From IMG/VR virus record IMGVR_UViG_3300027659_000010: a stretch of DNA of 64,000 nt, one strand, 5' to 3'. Position numbers and translations under genes: made by a program. Position 1 is the first letter of the stretch. The number at the start of each line of letters is the position of its first letter. This stretch comes from a virus. The notes beneath the pieces were generated by a model. The model had not been told where the DNA came from. It saw only the letters and a list, made by a program, of their open reading frames with translations, and did not search any database. Below are positions 15,169 to 24,953 of the stretch, in pieces.

Positions 15169-15177
15169 AGCAGTTCC

Positions 15178-15579
15178 TTATCTAAATGTTTCTAGTGCCT
15201 CACTGTCGATGTTCTCAGTCATATGTAGCATAAATCTATAGTTATCCCAGGCCGTTTTGACTGACTGATTTTCGCTGAGTTGGGTAGGAAACATATCTAC
15301 CCAAACTGAATTTTCTGGCTGTGCGTGTCTGTGCATGCCCTGTGCTCTTGGCTGCAATACTCTGTTAGAACTCCAAAGCAGATGTGCGACTTCTTTGCAA
15401 CTGTCGTGGTCTAGTCCTAGGAGATACCCGGGCTCTGTCATATAGACACTTATTACATTATCCAGATGATCTAGATCTTTGATGTTTGTCGCAGTGATTA
15501 AAAATGCCACATCGTCTATGCTGACGTCCCCATTTACTATATCACGGATACATCGACCAAAACTAAATCCTATCTTCAT
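15178..15579 (-). CDS. hypothetical protein
   Basis: ORF in coupled run. Confidence 0.7.
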   Translation of the reverse strand: MKIGFSFGRCIRDIVNGDVSIDDVAFLITATNIKDLDHLDNVISVYMTEPGYLLGLDHDSCKEVAHLLWSSNRVLQPRAQGMHRHAQPENSVWVDMFPTQLSENQSVKTAWDNYRFMLHMTENIDSEALETFR

Positions 15580-15800
15580 TCTTCAACTCCGAAATGTTTT
15601 TTAATCTGTTCAGCACAAGTATCACCATCGTGAACCACATAACTATCAGAATCCTCTGCCATCTTATGACACACTTCAACACATTCCTTGACAATCAACT
15701 CGGCGAACTTTTCTAGGTCAAACCCTATCAACTTCATTGCGGCTTTGTTAATTTCATCGTAGCCAGCGACTTTGGCTAGGGTCTTAATTCGTTCGTTCAT
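15576..15800 (-). CDS. small phage protein (MNERIK...KFAELIV.EC...HFGVEE family)
   Basis: paralog of next gene. Confidence 0.75.
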   Translation of the reverse strand: MNERIKTLAKVAGYDEINKAAMKLIGFDLEKFAELIVKECVEVCHKMAEDSDSYVVHDGDTCAEQIKKHFGVEE

Positions 15801-15982
15801 TCTTCAACTCCAAAATGCTGTTTAATCTGTGCCCTAGCATCGTCATACCCATGTAGATATAAATTAGACATACATTCCCGAACAATCAACTCGGCGAACT
15901 TTGTTGAACTGAACAGGGCGTAAGGCTCAGACTGACTAGATACCCAACATTGTTTTTCAATTTCTTTAATTCGTTCGTTCAT
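15797..15982 (-). CDS. small phage protein (same family)
   Basis: ATG 15982; shared motifs. Confidence 0.75.
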   Translation of the reverse strand: MNERIKEIEKQCWVSSQSEPYALFSSTKFAELIVRECMSNLYLHGYDDARAQIKQHFGVEE

Positions 15983-16006
15983 ATAACACTTTCTCAACAA
16001 AATACC

Positions 16007-16035
16007 ATTATAACATCATCTAGGTCAACTGTCAA
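16007..16035 (-). promoter_or_regulatory. sigma70-type promoter
   Basis: TTGACA-17-TATAAT. Confidence 0.85.
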
Positions 16036-16041
16036 GTATTA

Positions 16042-16299
16042 TCATGACCACCTCATCGCAAACAGCATGGCATCCTGTTCATTTTGAAAATACCAAGCTC
16101 GCCCATTTGGATCGCTGAGGTCCCGGAATTTGTTTTGGCAATTTTCCAGACACCATGTTAGTTTTTCTGAAAAGTCATCGTCCTTGAGCACAATAGCGTG
16201 ATAGGAGTTTAACAAGGCCATTAGTCTATCATCTACTTTGAGATGCTCTTCTGCTCTCTGGGCCTTGAGTATGGTTGCTGTAGGATCGGGGTCTATCAC
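16042..16299 (-). CDS. small protein, C-terminal F..E.DA..F..RW family
   Basis: WCLENC...WYFQNEQDAMLFAMRWS. Confidence 0.7.
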   Translation of the reverse strand: MIDPDPTATILKAQRAEEHLKVDDRLMALLNSYHAIVLKDDDFSEKLTWCLENCQNKFRDLSDPNGRAWYFQNEQDAMLFAMRWS

Positions 16300-16652
16300 T
16301 TTCCATGCCTCAACATATATTCAGTGAGTCTAGCACCAGAAAGTTTGGCTCGAATCTCATACCGGTAGCCATACTGCATTACATCTGGAATTCTATACCA
16401 GCTGGGAGTTTCCACTGCGTTAGACATGATCCACGCACCTTCTTCACTTTGCTGCCATTTCCATAACGGTTCTGCAGCATACAGGTCTGGATCCTCAACA
16501 TCCCCCATGGTGAATGTATGTACCACTACTTCTCTGACTTCCTCTACTCGATCGTCGATTATCATATACCTATATGTATCTAGTCTAGGCCTGCGACCTA
16601 AGTAATCTCGAGCAGGCTCAAATTGATAGCCTTTTGTTTTTGCTATTGCCAT
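16296..16652 (-). CDS. hypothetical protein
   Basis: GDVEDPDLYAAEPL motif, coupled ORF. Confidence 0.7.
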   Translation of the reverse strand: MAIAKTKGYQFEPARDYLGRRPRLDTYRYMIIDDRVEEVREVVVHTFTMGDVEDPDLYAAEPLWKWQQSEEGAWIMSNAVETPSWYRIPDVMQYGYRYEIRAKLSGARLTEYMLRHGK

Positions 16653-16903
16653 CTCAGAGCAAAATTGACAGCGTCTATTTCAGATTCAAAGATAAAGTCT
16701 GCACCCCTTCTTTCAAAGGCATGATTACAGTGTTCTGCTAACCAATGTGTGATATCCACGGCATGAGTGTTATCAGTGAATCTATCTAAATTCACTCTGC
16801 GCCACCCTAGTGATTTCAGCATACCCCAAAGTATTTCTCTATCTATCTCACTCTGCATCCGTGTGCCAAGTTCGTCTATGATTTGTTTTTCTAGATTATT
16901 CAT
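16643..16903 (-). CDS. small protein, F..E.DA..F.LRW family
   Basis: FIFESEIDAVNFALRWQ. Confidence 0.7.
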   Translation of the reverse strand: MNNLEKQIIDELGTRMQSEIDREILWGMLKSLGWRRVNLDRFTDNTHAVDITHWLAEHCNHAFERRGADFIFESEIDAVNFALRWQ

Positions 16904-16906
16904 ACA

Positions 16907-17200
16907 TTAGCGCCATTTCATCACAAACATAAGTCGATCTGCATCATCACGAAACCAAAACTTGCGATTGTTCATGTACCAACGCTGTGCGGGCTCGGGC
17001 GGAGGATTCTCTCCCCAGATAGATCCCTGGGTTGAATCAAAGGCATTGATGCACCACGCTTCCATTTCCAGCCAAACTCCTCCTATGGGTTCTACACAGT
17101 AGTATTGACAGCCGTAGGCTGTGCCTTCTGTGAGTTTGAGATCCTCCACAGGACGAGCGTGTAGATCGTTCCACAATCTCTGAAAGGCCACGCTATTCAT
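16907..17200 (-). CDS. small protein, same family
   Basis: FWFRDDADRLMFVMKWR. Confidence 0.7.
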   Translation of the reverse strand: MNSVAFQRLWNDLHARPVEDLKLTEGTAYGCQYYCVEPIGGVWLEMEAWCINAFDSTQGSIWGENPPPEPAQRWYMNNRKFWFRDDADRLMFVMKWR

Positions 17201-17433
17201 TTCACACTATTACCTTCTGCTGACCCCCAACGCAGCATGAACAGCATGGCATCACGTTCCTGTTCAAACTGCCAATACAAGGCGTAATGTGTTTCTTGCC
17301 GCCAAATGCCTTCACAGTTTGTTTCACACCATTCTTTCATTTTATCTATGTTAGCATAGCCTATGTTTTGGAAATTTATCCGATAGCTAAACACGGCACG
17401 ACTACGGGTGGCCAGTATCTGTGCTAGGTCCAT
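17197..17433 (-). CDS. small protein, same family
   Basis: start MDLAQ; WQFEQERDAMLFMLRWG. Confidence 0.7.
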   Translation of the reverse strand: MDLAQILATRSRAVFSYRINFQNIGYANIDKMKEWCETNCEGIWRQETHYALYWQFEQERDAMLFMLRWGSAEGNSVK

Positions 17434-17636
17434 CTTAGAGAAAATATTACTAGGTCTTTGGGATTCCTGAAAAAGAAATGTGTGTTGCCAAACATTGAAT
17501 CCACCGCCCATTCCGCCTTGGAATTTTCGGTCATGGCACGCCAACCACCATTCTTGAAACGAGATTCACACCATGCTATCATCTCACCCTGTTGGTGATA
17601 TCTATCTTTGCCAAAACTAACGCGAGTTATTTCCAT
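17424..17636 (-). CDS. small protein, same family
   Basis: start MEITR; FFFRNPKDLVIFSLRWT. Confidence 0.7.
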   Translation of the reverse strand: MEITRVSFGKDRYHQQGEMIAWCESRFKNGGWRAMTENSKAEWAVDSMFGNTHFFFRNPKDLVIFSLRWT

Positions 17637-17953
17637 GTGCGGTGATCCTCGGCTACCCACTCCACACCGTCATACTCGCCGATGTGCCACGACACATCTC
17701 CGGGTATTTCTACGATCTTCAGCTTGGCATGGCCACCGCTGGCTTCAGAGCCTAGTTCTTTGACCACCTTGACTAGATAAGGATCGTCACGAGCTACCTC
17801 TCGATCATACCAACCGGGATCTGTGATGCCTGCGAGTTTTTTGTATTCCTCGCAGGCACGAGCACTGAGACCAAAGCCGCCATAGCAGTCATTAATTACT
17901 ATGTGTCTTATGCCAGTTTTTAGATCTTCCAAAAACTTTTGAGTTTCAACCAT
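17627..17953 (-). CDS. conserved phage hypothetical protein
   Basis: IVINDCYGGFGLS...RDDPYLV.VV.ELG...EYDGVEWVAE.HRTW. Confidence 0.75.
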   Translation of the reverse strand: MVETQKFLEDLKTGIRHIVINDCYGGFGLSARACEEYKKLAGITDPGWYDREVARDDPYLVKVVKELGSEASGGHAKLKIVEIPGDVSWHIGEYDGVEWVAEDHRTWK

Positions 17954-18519
17954 TAACGGCCTTTCTTTTTCTTTTTCTTTTTCTTTTCTACAGAAAAATC
18001 AATGTCATTTAACATGCGATGTTGGTCGATGGCTTCTTGTAGCGCGATCTCAACCAATTGATTGAAAGTGATATCACGATCGTGTGCGATCTTCATATAT
18101 TCTAACAATTCTGCATCGTCGAATTCTACTTGTATCTGCACTCGAGTATCGTAGTCTTCACCTTCACGAATGGCCAGAGCTTTTTGGAAGAAATCATCAT
18201 CTACATCTAGATCAATGTACTTGACATCATCCCAGGCATTATTGACACTGATTCCACGCTCTTCACTTTCATCGGAGTGGTCACTTTGGAAGTCAGGATT
18301 GATTAATCTATAGGCACGATTATGCACATAATCGTGAGCCTGGACTTCATAGACTACCTGTGTTTTATTATCAAAAATGATGCAAAAACTATGTCCATTC
18401 TGATCACCATTCCAACTATCTAGGGTGTAAGCATCAGGACCATAGCATTGCCAACAGTATTCACTGCCCTCAGTGATGCGATAGTCTACCAATTCCATCC
18501 ATTCTTTAAGAGTAATCAT
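17953..18519 (-). CDS. hypothetical protein, lysine-rich tail
   Basis: ORF with SD. Confidence 0.75.
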   Translation of the reverse strand: MITLKEWMELVDYRITEGSEYCWQCYGPDAYTLDSWNGDQNGHSFCIIFDNKTQVVYEVQAHDYVHNRAYRLINPDFQSDHSDESEERGISVNNAWDDVKYIDLDVDDDFFQKALAIREGEDYDTRVQIQVEFDDAELLEYMKIAHDRDITFNQLVEIALQEAIDQHRMLNDIDFSVEKKKKKKKKGR

Positions 18520-18543
18520 GATAATCCTTTCATTTAATGTGCT

Positions 18544-18572
18544 ATTGTAACACTAATTCTTCGTGTTGTCAA
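18544..18572 (-). promoter_or_regulatory. sigma70-type promoter
   Basis: TTGACA-17-TACAAT. Confidence 0.7.
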
Positions 18573-18798
18573 TGTCTTTTTGTTGCTCAAAGTTGGGCTC
18601 TTTGTATTCAAAATCTTCTGGAACGCTATAACGTATTTTTGGATAAATGCTTTCATTTCTAAAAAACACTATGGTCACTGGTTTCCAATATTTGTGCAAG
18701 AGATTGTTGATCAATATCAATCCGAAAATCAGCACTATACTGCCCAAAGCAAATAAAATACTTCCTACCAACCAAATGGCCATTTGTTCTGCTATCAT
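18553..18798 (-). CDS. small membrane protein
   Basis: N-terminal TM helix. Confidence 0.65.
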   Translation of the reverse strand: MIAEQMAIWLVGSILFALGSIVLIFGLILINNLLHKYWKPVTIVFFRNESIYPKIRYSVPEDFEYKEPNFEQQKDIDNTKN

Positions 18799-19253
18799 TG
18801 CTCTGTCTCCTTTGTAAGTTCACACATTAATAAAAAATGTTCATATGATTTACGAACACTCTCATGTTTCATAAGTTTGTCTGCTTCTTCCTGCATGGCT
18901 TGAATGCCGGCCTCAGCACAATCACGAATACACAATCCGTTAAGAGTGGCCAGCTCATCGCCCAATTCTTTAGCCAACTTTTCCCAGGCCTTTTTTTGGC
19001 TAGGAGTAATTGGAGTACGCTGTGGTCGCATTTCACTGGCCTTGCTAATAGCTCGACATACAGCATCTTCAGCAACACGGCCAGCGGCAATCATAGGAGC
19101 ATATGCTGGGTCAATGTTGTACCGGCGACTTTGGCCACCAGGATACACCATGAGCAAATGTGTACCGTGGGTGTAGCTGTCCATAAAGTCGCCGTCGTAT
19201 TCTGACACAGGCACATACCTGCGTCCAACTTTTTCGTAATAGATTTTTTTCAT
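18795..19253 (-). CDS. hypothetical protein
   Basis: MKKIYYEKVGRRYVPV... Confidence 0.7.
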   Translation of the reverse strand: MKKIYYEKVGRRYVPVSEYDGDFMDSYTHGTHLLMVYPGGQSRRYNIDPAYAPMIAAGRVAEDAVCRAISKASEMRPQRTPITPSQKKAWEKLAKELGDELATLNGLCIRDCAEAGIQAMQEEADKLMKHESVRKSYEHFLLMCELTKETEQ

Positions 19254-19263
19254 ACTGCTGCTT

Positions 19264-19581
19264 TCAATAACTTTCAATTATCGTTGTGTTGTTGATGATA
19301 AATTTGCCAAACTGTTCATGGAACTGATCAAACGTTTTTAGCCTATTTGGATCCAACGGTAACTTGTAGGTACTTAACCAAGTCTTGAGGATCCTTACTG
19401 CAGGTTCTTTATCAAACAGATTCATGATGGTCAATATATGTTTGTCTGCTGTGGAATTCATAGACTTGTATCTTTTTCTTTTACCTTGATTTAGTACCGC
19501 AAGTAGATCTTTTCCTGATTCATGAGCATACCAATCAGGTCCTTTGAGCAGAGCCATAAGTCTTTGGTGTTCTGACATCAT
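19264..19581 (-). CDS. hypothetical protein
   Basis: ORF, start uncertain. Confidence 0.55.
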   Translation of the reverse strand: MMSEHQRLMALLKGPDWYAHESGKDLLAVLNQGKRKRYKSMNSTADKHILTIMNLFDKEPAVRILKTWLSTYKLPLDPNRLKTFDQFHEQFGKFIINNTTIIESY

Positions 19582-19594
19582 ATCTTCATCTCTT

Positions 19595-19990
19595 TCAAAA
19601 CAGCACAGGTTCAACTGTAGATTCATCTCGAAGAGCCAACATCACTTCTTCTTGTTCAGTGTAGATCAAATTAGTCTTTTCGAGCACAAGCCTACGAGCT
19701 TGTGGAGGTAGGTAGCACCAATTGCTGACAAAATCGTAACTGCCGTGAGCTTCACGAGGCATGCAGTCTGAAATCCATCCACTTAGATTTTTCAATGCTT
19801 CTATGGTGTTAACAGGATGACTGTGAGCCATAGCACCATGGAAGTCATTGGCTAAAACAGAAGTAAAGAAGTGGCCAGGACTGTATCCGTAGACCAAATA
19901 ATTAGCCATGGGGTCTGCAAAGTCGCGAGGAACATCCCACTTAGAGAATGTTTCGTACAGGCGGTTCCGACTGTAAACAGTTATGTTCAT
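19595..19990 (-). CDS. hypothetical protein
   Basis: YLVYGYSPGHFFTSVLAND phage motif. Confidence 0.7.
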   Translation of the reverse strand: MNITVYSRNRLYETFSKWDVPRDFADPMANYLVYGYSPGHFFTSVLANDFHGAMAHSHPVNTIEALKNLSGWISDCMPREAHGSYDFVSNWCYLPPQARRLVLEKTNLIYTEQEEVMLALRDESTVEPVLF

Positions 19991-20790
19991 ACTTCAACTA
20001 CTTTCTCTGGATCCCATCCAGTGTCTTCACTCCATCCGCTGGCTTGGTGATAACCACGCGGATTACACACCACTCTGGTCTCACCTATGACATAATCAAA
20101 ACAATGATGTGTATGACCATGTGTCCACAGTTTGATCTGTGGATGATCTAACATAATTCCGGAAAGATCACTGTGATAGGCACCGTTCATGATATAGTCA
20201 CTGCGATACTGCTCGTGACAGCTCTGATAGCTAGGCGTGTGATGCCCTACTACCACTACCCGCTTGTCTGCGTGTTCTTTGACAATCAACTCGATATACT
20301 GCCTAGTCTGTCTATGACGCTCTGCAGTGGTGGCAGGCTTGAGTTTGATATAGCCCAAGGTGTCATCAGTGATAGATCTAAAATCGTTCATCATGTCACG
20401 GACACCGTGCAGAGTTAATGGATCATGTCTATTCATGTCTGTCCAAAGCGTCCCGCCTACAAACACCACATCGTCGATGATTTTGGTATCACGTTCAAGG
20501 AAATAGATGTTGTCGTGGACACCACAGGCCATGCGCAGTTGTTCAAGACTCTTAGACCAATAGCCGCCATAGAACTCATGATTGCCAGCGATATAGATCA
20601 CATGCGGAAATTGGAAACTGCAACGTTTCAAGAAATCTCTGAAACGGATGCCTAATTCACTTTCAGGCTTGAGAACTTTCTCAGCCAACATGATGTCACC
20701 TCCGAGTATCAATACATCGGCGTTATTGGTATTTTTGATCAGTATGTCCGAAAACTCTAGATGTAGATCGGATACAATTTGGATTTTCAT
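19987..20790 (-). CDS. calcineurin-like metallophosphoesterase
   Basis: SDLHLE, GGDI, AGNHE, HH.P, HGHTH. Confidence 0.9.
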   Translation of the reverse strand: MKIQIVSDLHLEFSDILIKNTNNADVLILGGDIMLAEKVLKPESELGIRFRDFLKRCSFQFPHVIYIAGNHEFYGGYWSKSLEQLRMACGVHDNIYFLERDTKIIDDVVFVGGTLWTDMNRHDPLTLHGVRDMMNDFRSITDDTLGYIKLKPATTAERHRQTRQYIELIVKEHADKRVVVVGHHTPSYQSCHEQYRSDYIMNGAYHSDLSGIMLDHPQIKLWTHGHTHHCFDYVIGETRVVCNPRGYHQASGWSEDTGWDPEKVVEV

Positions 20791-20818
20791 TAAAGTCTCT
20801 CTTGCTTAATATGTGTAT

Positions 20819-20847
20819 ATTATAGCATCAGTTATTTATTTTGTCAA
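20819..20847 (-). promoter_or_regulatory. sigma70-type promoter
   Basis: TTGACA-17-TATAAT. Confidence 0.85.
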
Positions 20848-20884
20848 TCGGTTAAATACACGTATAAAACCCGGGAGCGAATCG

Positions 20885-21166
20885 ATGGGCGAATTTTTTA
20901 AATTAGTAGCAGAACTAGGATTTCCAATCGCTGCGGCGCTGGCAGGCGGATACTTTGTATTTCTAACCCTCAAATTGGTATTAGGCTCTGTTATGAGTTC
21001 AGTAAAAGGTTTGAGCGGCATAATCACAGCCCTAGATAACCGCGTTAAAACCATGAATCACGATGTTATACGCATAGATGCTGTAGTGTCTAATGCCTTG
21101 GGTCTTCGTCCAGATGTAGAACGTATAGCTCGTGCAGATGGCAAGAACGATGCAAGGAGAGATTGA
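20885..21166 (+). CDS. small membrane protein (paralog of 21692..22030)
   Basis: GFPIAAA TM segment + LDNRVKTMNHD.IRID. Confidence 0.75.
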   Translation: MGEFFKLVAELGFPIAAALAGGYFVFLTLKLVLGSVMSSVKGLSGIITALDNRVKTMNHDVIRIDAVVSNALGLRPDVERIARADGKNDARRD

Positions 21167-21372
21167 TGTTATACATTGATTATTCTTGGGACTGTTCCCC
21201 TAGCGGTATTATATTAGATGAAGAATTTAATGCTGATAAGCTAGGTTGGCGAGACGGGGATTATTTTCAATTGGTAAATGTCAATGGTCGCTGCTATCTT
21301 AAAAAAGTAGATCCTTTAGTAAAATTTATCAAAGACGGAGAGCGAAATGAGCAAATATCAACAATGGTATGA
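21163..21372 (+). CDS. hypothetical protein (AbrB-like small beta fold possible)
   Basis: LGWRDGDYF.L pattern. Confidence 0.55.
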   Translation: MMLYIDYSWDCSPSGIILDEEFNADKLGWRDGDYFQLVNVNGRCYLKKVDPLVKFIKDGERNEQISTMV

Positions 21373-21547
21373 CAATTTACCTGAGAATACGAAAACTTAT
21401 CTAGAGTCACAGCCCATTTACCATGGAAGAGATCTATTTAAATCATCATTGATAGGTGCTGTAATTGGATTCATCGTTGGAGTATTAGTAGGATTTGAAT
21501 GGGCCTATCAGCCCGTGGTCAGTGCGATTAGACCGTTGGTGGGATGA
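21347..21547 (+). CDS. small membrane protein
   Basis: C-terminal TM helix. Confidence 0.6.
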   Translation: MSKYQQWYDNLPENTKTYLESQPIYHGRDLFKSSLIGAVIGFIVGVLVGFEWAYQPVVSAIRPLVG

Positions 21548-21714
21548 TGTTTGAAGCATTCATGGTGTTCTATTTGTTAGAATGCCTAGTATTGATCTCT
21601 GTGGCAGTTTGGTACTATAAAGAACCAAAAATAAAATCAAAGAAAATATGGAACCCCTGGGGTGAAGTTTGGAACGACAAGGAGATGACAAATGGACGTG
21701 GTATCGCTGATTAA
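21544..21714 (+). CDS. small membrane protein (56 aa)
   Basis: hand-translated MMFEAFMVFYLLECLV..., coupled by ATGA overlap. Confidence 0.5.
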   Translation: MMFEAFMVFYLLECLVLISVAVWYYKEPKIKSKKIWNPWGEVWNDKEMTNGRGIAD

Positions 21715-22030
21715 CAAATACGGGTTTCCTATCGTGGCCGCCGGTGGTATGGGCTACATGATTTTCTATGTATGGACTTGGGCCACCAAAGAAGTCAAAC
21801 CCGTTCTAAACGAAGCCAACACAGTGCTGATAGCACTGATTGACAGAATACGCATGTTAGACAACGATTTGATCAGATTGAATCAAAAGGTCAATACAGT
21901 TCTACATCTGCGTGGTAAGATCATCGAATCAGAGCGTGTGATAGAGCAACAGAAAACTGAAGAAGAAGCCAATGCCAAGTTCAAAGATGCATTAGTCGGC
22001 TCTGATAAATCTGAGGAGCCAAAGAAGTAA
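21692..22030 (+). CDS. small membrane protein
   Basis: GFPIVAAGG TM segment + LIDRIRMLDNDLIRL. Confidence 0.75.
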   Translation: MDVVSLINKYGFPIVAAGGMGYMIFYVWTWATKEVKPVLNEANTVLIALIDRIRMLDNDLIRLNQKVNTVLHLRGKIIESERVIEQQKTEEEANAKFKDALVGSDKSEEPKK

Positions 22031-22034
22031 CAAT

Positions 22035-24086
22035 CTATTTGCTGGTAGCTATAAAAACACCATTCCAATCTGCAGGTAATTTCTGTGTCAATTGGAACTC
22101 ACATCGCTCTATCCACATATCATAATAGCCAGTTAATCTACCGTCGAATTGATCTCTCAGCTGTTTGCACATGCTAATCGCTGTGCTGAAATTCTGTGAT
22201 CTGTATGCACCATGCATGGCATTGTGTATTTTCTTAGACACGTGATAGTCAGCAGCGACATCGTCCAACACTGTGTAAATAGCTACCCCTACTGTCTTGC
22301 CCTTGACTGCTAGGTCATCTACTTTTAGGAAGAAGAAATCATCACCACACTGTTCTACTGTGGCACCGCCGACTAATAGCACACACCCGTATTCTTTGCA
22401 TTTGCTTTCAATACGTGCGGCTGTGGAAACTGCATCACCTAAGACATCATACGAATGGCGTCGAGTTGATCCCATCTCTCCTATATAACCTAGACCAGTA
22501 TTGATACCTGCGCCCATTTTGACTCCTGGACGTCCTGTGGCTTCTAACTTGATGCTGAATTCTTTTACAGCCTTCAACATCTTGAGTCCAGTGGCCACTG
22601 CGGTCTTGGCGTGGTGAGGATCATCTATAGGTGCGTTATGGATGTGCATGCTGGCATCACCAATATATTTGATGATCATACCATCAGCATCTAACACAGG
22701 CTGAGTGATGGCATCCATGTAACCATTCATCACTGCTGTTAGTCCTTTGACATCATCTCCAAAACTTTCACCGAGAGGGGTAAAGCCACGTAGGTCGGAA
22801 AACACTATAGATACTTCACGCTTGGTTCCGTTCTTGATAATGTCTGGATTTTCCTGCAAGAGTTTGACCACTGTGGGACTGGCATATCCCTCAAACTGTT
22901 TCTTAATGGCCTGCTTCTGTAAGAACTCGCTTACAAACTTGACACCATAGGCATGCAAAGCGACCAAGACTGTGCCAACAAGAATGGCAGTAGCATCAAA
23001 TAAGAATAGAAAATTAGAGAAAGCGTAGTGACTGCCAAAGACCACGCCAATACATATAATGATAACACTCGCAAGTCCCGCATATACCCACCTCGTTAAA
23101 AACAATAATAATAATCCCGCAGCTAGAATTGCAATAATTTCTACGCCGTCTGCATAGTCGGGTCTTTCTATAACCACTCCATTTGCCATAGTGGCAATCA
23201 CACTGGCCTGTACATCATGCGGGAACACTGCGCCTATGCTGGTTGGCAAGGGATTACTGATTCCTGCGGCTGTCGGACCTACTATAACGACAGCTCCTCC
23301 AAAGTCTTTAGGCAAGTTAGTTATACTCACTGATTTATTCTGCTGACTCCAGTCAATCCATATACGTCCTAATGGATCTGTGCTGATAGGACCAAACTTT
23401 GGAATACGCATTTTCTCAACACCGTATTCGTTTAGTTTGATCTGGAAGGTAGAATCGCCTGCAGCAGCACGTAGAGTTTCTAAACTTAGACTGGGATACA
23501 AATTATCGTTGACACTGACCACTAATGGTATGCGCCGATTCACTCCATCAACTTCTGGCAGGGTTGAAACAATACCTATGCCCGCTGCGCTGTTTTCTAA
23601 TTTCGATATATTGGCAATTAATCCAGGATACTGCACAATTTGATCCTGCCACTCAGGTCCTATAACTGCACTACCCGGCTTGCGTGGCGTGTTTTTGGTT
23701 TTTCCACTAGGCACTGACCCTAGTATCACAGGATACTTTTTTAGAGCATTTGCGAGAACATCACCACCACCAGTACGATCAGGCTCAGCCATGATAATGT
23801 TAAGCACAACAAGGCCAGCGCCGCGATCATAGAGATCTTTAATAATTTTCGCATACTCTTCTCTCGGTAATGGCCATTGCCCATATTTGTCCAAAGCACT
23901 TTCATCTATGTTGACCGTATAGATGTTGTTGTCTGTGATTTCTTTGGCAGTGATCAGTGTATCAAAGTAGCGTAGTCTTATGCTCTCTACAAAGACAGGA
24001 TCAGCGATTCTTATACTTATAATAAGTGCCAATGTCAGCAGTGCTGTCCACGGATTAGTAAGGATTTTTTTTAGTTGATTTCTCAT
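22035..24086 (-). CDS. CHASE2-domain class III adenylate/guanylate cyclase
   Basis: IDE.AL..YGQWP.PR (CHASE2), 3 TM helices, FSDLRGFT, KYIGDA, GDAVSTAARIES. Confidence 0.9.
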   Translation of the reverse strand: MRNQLKKILTNPWTALLTLALIISIRIADPVFVESIRLRYFDTLITAKEITDNNIYTVNIDESALDKYGQWPLPREEYAKIIKDLYDRGAGLVVLNIIMAEPDRTGGGDVLANALKKYPVILGSVPSGKTKNTPRKPGSAVIGPEWQDQIVQYPGLIANISKLENSAAGIGIVSTLPEVDGVNRRIPLVVSVNDNLYPSLSLETLRAAAGDSTFQIKLNEYGVEKMRIPKFGPISTDPLGRIWIDWSQQNKSVSITNLPKDFGGAVVIVGPTAAGISNPLPTSIGAVFPHDVQASVIATMANGVVIERPDYADGVEIIAILAAGLLLLFLTRWVYAGLASVIIICIGVVFGSHYAFSNFLFLFDATAILVGTVLVALHAYGVKFVSEFLQKQAIKKQFEGYASPTVVKLLQENPDIIKNGTKREVSIVFSDLRGFTPLGESFGDDVKGLTAVMNGYMDAITQPVLDADGMIIKYIGDASMHIHNAPIDDPHHAKTAVATGLKMLKAVKEFSIKLEATGRPGVKMGAGINTGLGYIGEMGSTRRHSYDVLGDAVSTAARIESKCKEYGCVLLVGGATVEQCGDDFFFLKVDDLAVKGKTVGVAIYTVLDDVAADYHVSKKIHNAMHGAYRSQNFSTAISMCKQLRDQFDGRLTGYYDMWIERCEFQLTQKLPADWNGVFIATSK

Positions 24087-24227
24087 GACTGTATTTATTT
24101 GCGGGTTTTGTTCTAGCTTTGGCAAATATTCTATTGGTCAGTTGTCCGTGGTTTTTCTTATCTTCTTCTAGTTGGCGGTGTAAATGTCTTTTGAAATCGT
24201 CGTCAGTCATTGTGTTCCTTGGTTAGT

Positions 24228-24521
24228 TTATATAGGTGTACCTAGTGTAATTTTAGATTCCTCGCCCGTTCCAAGTATACATGAAACTTCTGATGTCATC
24301 TTTAATAATGTCCATGTTCCTTCTTTTTCATTGACCCACAGACTATAAACACTGTTGTCACTGGTGTGTTTTCCACTCCAAGTCAGCGTTTCTTTCCAGT
24401 TGTCTCCTAGACTTTGTATGATCTTTGCAGTGCGGTCGCACAACAATGGATAATCGTATTGAAATTGGGCGTTAACTAGGCTGGATGAGCAGACGAGGAA
24501 CGCCAGTAGCAGTGAACGCAT
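24228..24521 (-). CDS. exported hypothetical protein
   Basis: signal peptide, two Cys. Confidence 0.7.
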   Translation of the reverse strand: MRSLLLAFLVCSSSLVNAQFQYDYPLLCDRTAKIIQSLGDNWKETLTWSGKHTSDNSVYSLWVNEKEGTWTLLKMTSEVSCILGTGEESKITLGTPI

Positions 24522-24565
24522 TACCGGCTCCTTAAACATATATTTACCAGAATATATTTGAAATT

Positions 24566-24901
24566 TCAAGGTGAAAATTCAGAACTCATTATGTATACAG
24601 TTACACCAACACGCTGCCTTTCGTTAAAGATATCTCGCCAAGCAGGCATTTTGCGAAATCCATTGGTCACTCGATCGTAGACAAAGTCAGGTTGGTAACT
24701 GGAAGATTTGAGTTTGGGCGCCTTGCCGGGATACGCACTGTTGCCGTGGCAATGTCGACACTGACTGTCCCATACCTGCTGACCTAACGCAATTAACGAA
24801 GTATCCTTCATTACAGTATCTGTGAATGCTGGTACTGATTCCTGGGCGTCGGCTATAGAGCTAATTAGGCAGAATAGGAACGCCAATGCTAATATACGCA
24901 T
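24566..24901 (-). CDS. class I c-type cytochrome
   Basis: signal peptide, CRHCH, distal Met (KMPAW). Confidence 0.85.
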   Translation of the reverse strand: MRILALAFLFCLISSIADAQESVPAFTDTVMKDTSLIALGQQVWDSQCRHCHGNSAYPGKAPKLKSSSYQPDFVYDRVTNGFRKMPAWRDIFNERQRVGVTVYIMSSEFSP

Positions 24902-24929
24902 GGCTTACTCCTTAAAACTATATTTAATA

Positions 24930-24953
24930 AAAAAGTCCGCCGCAGCGGACTTT
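24930..24953 (-). terminator. intrinsic terminator
   Basis: AAAGTCCGC-tgcg-GCGGACTTT + U-tract. Confidence 0.7.
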
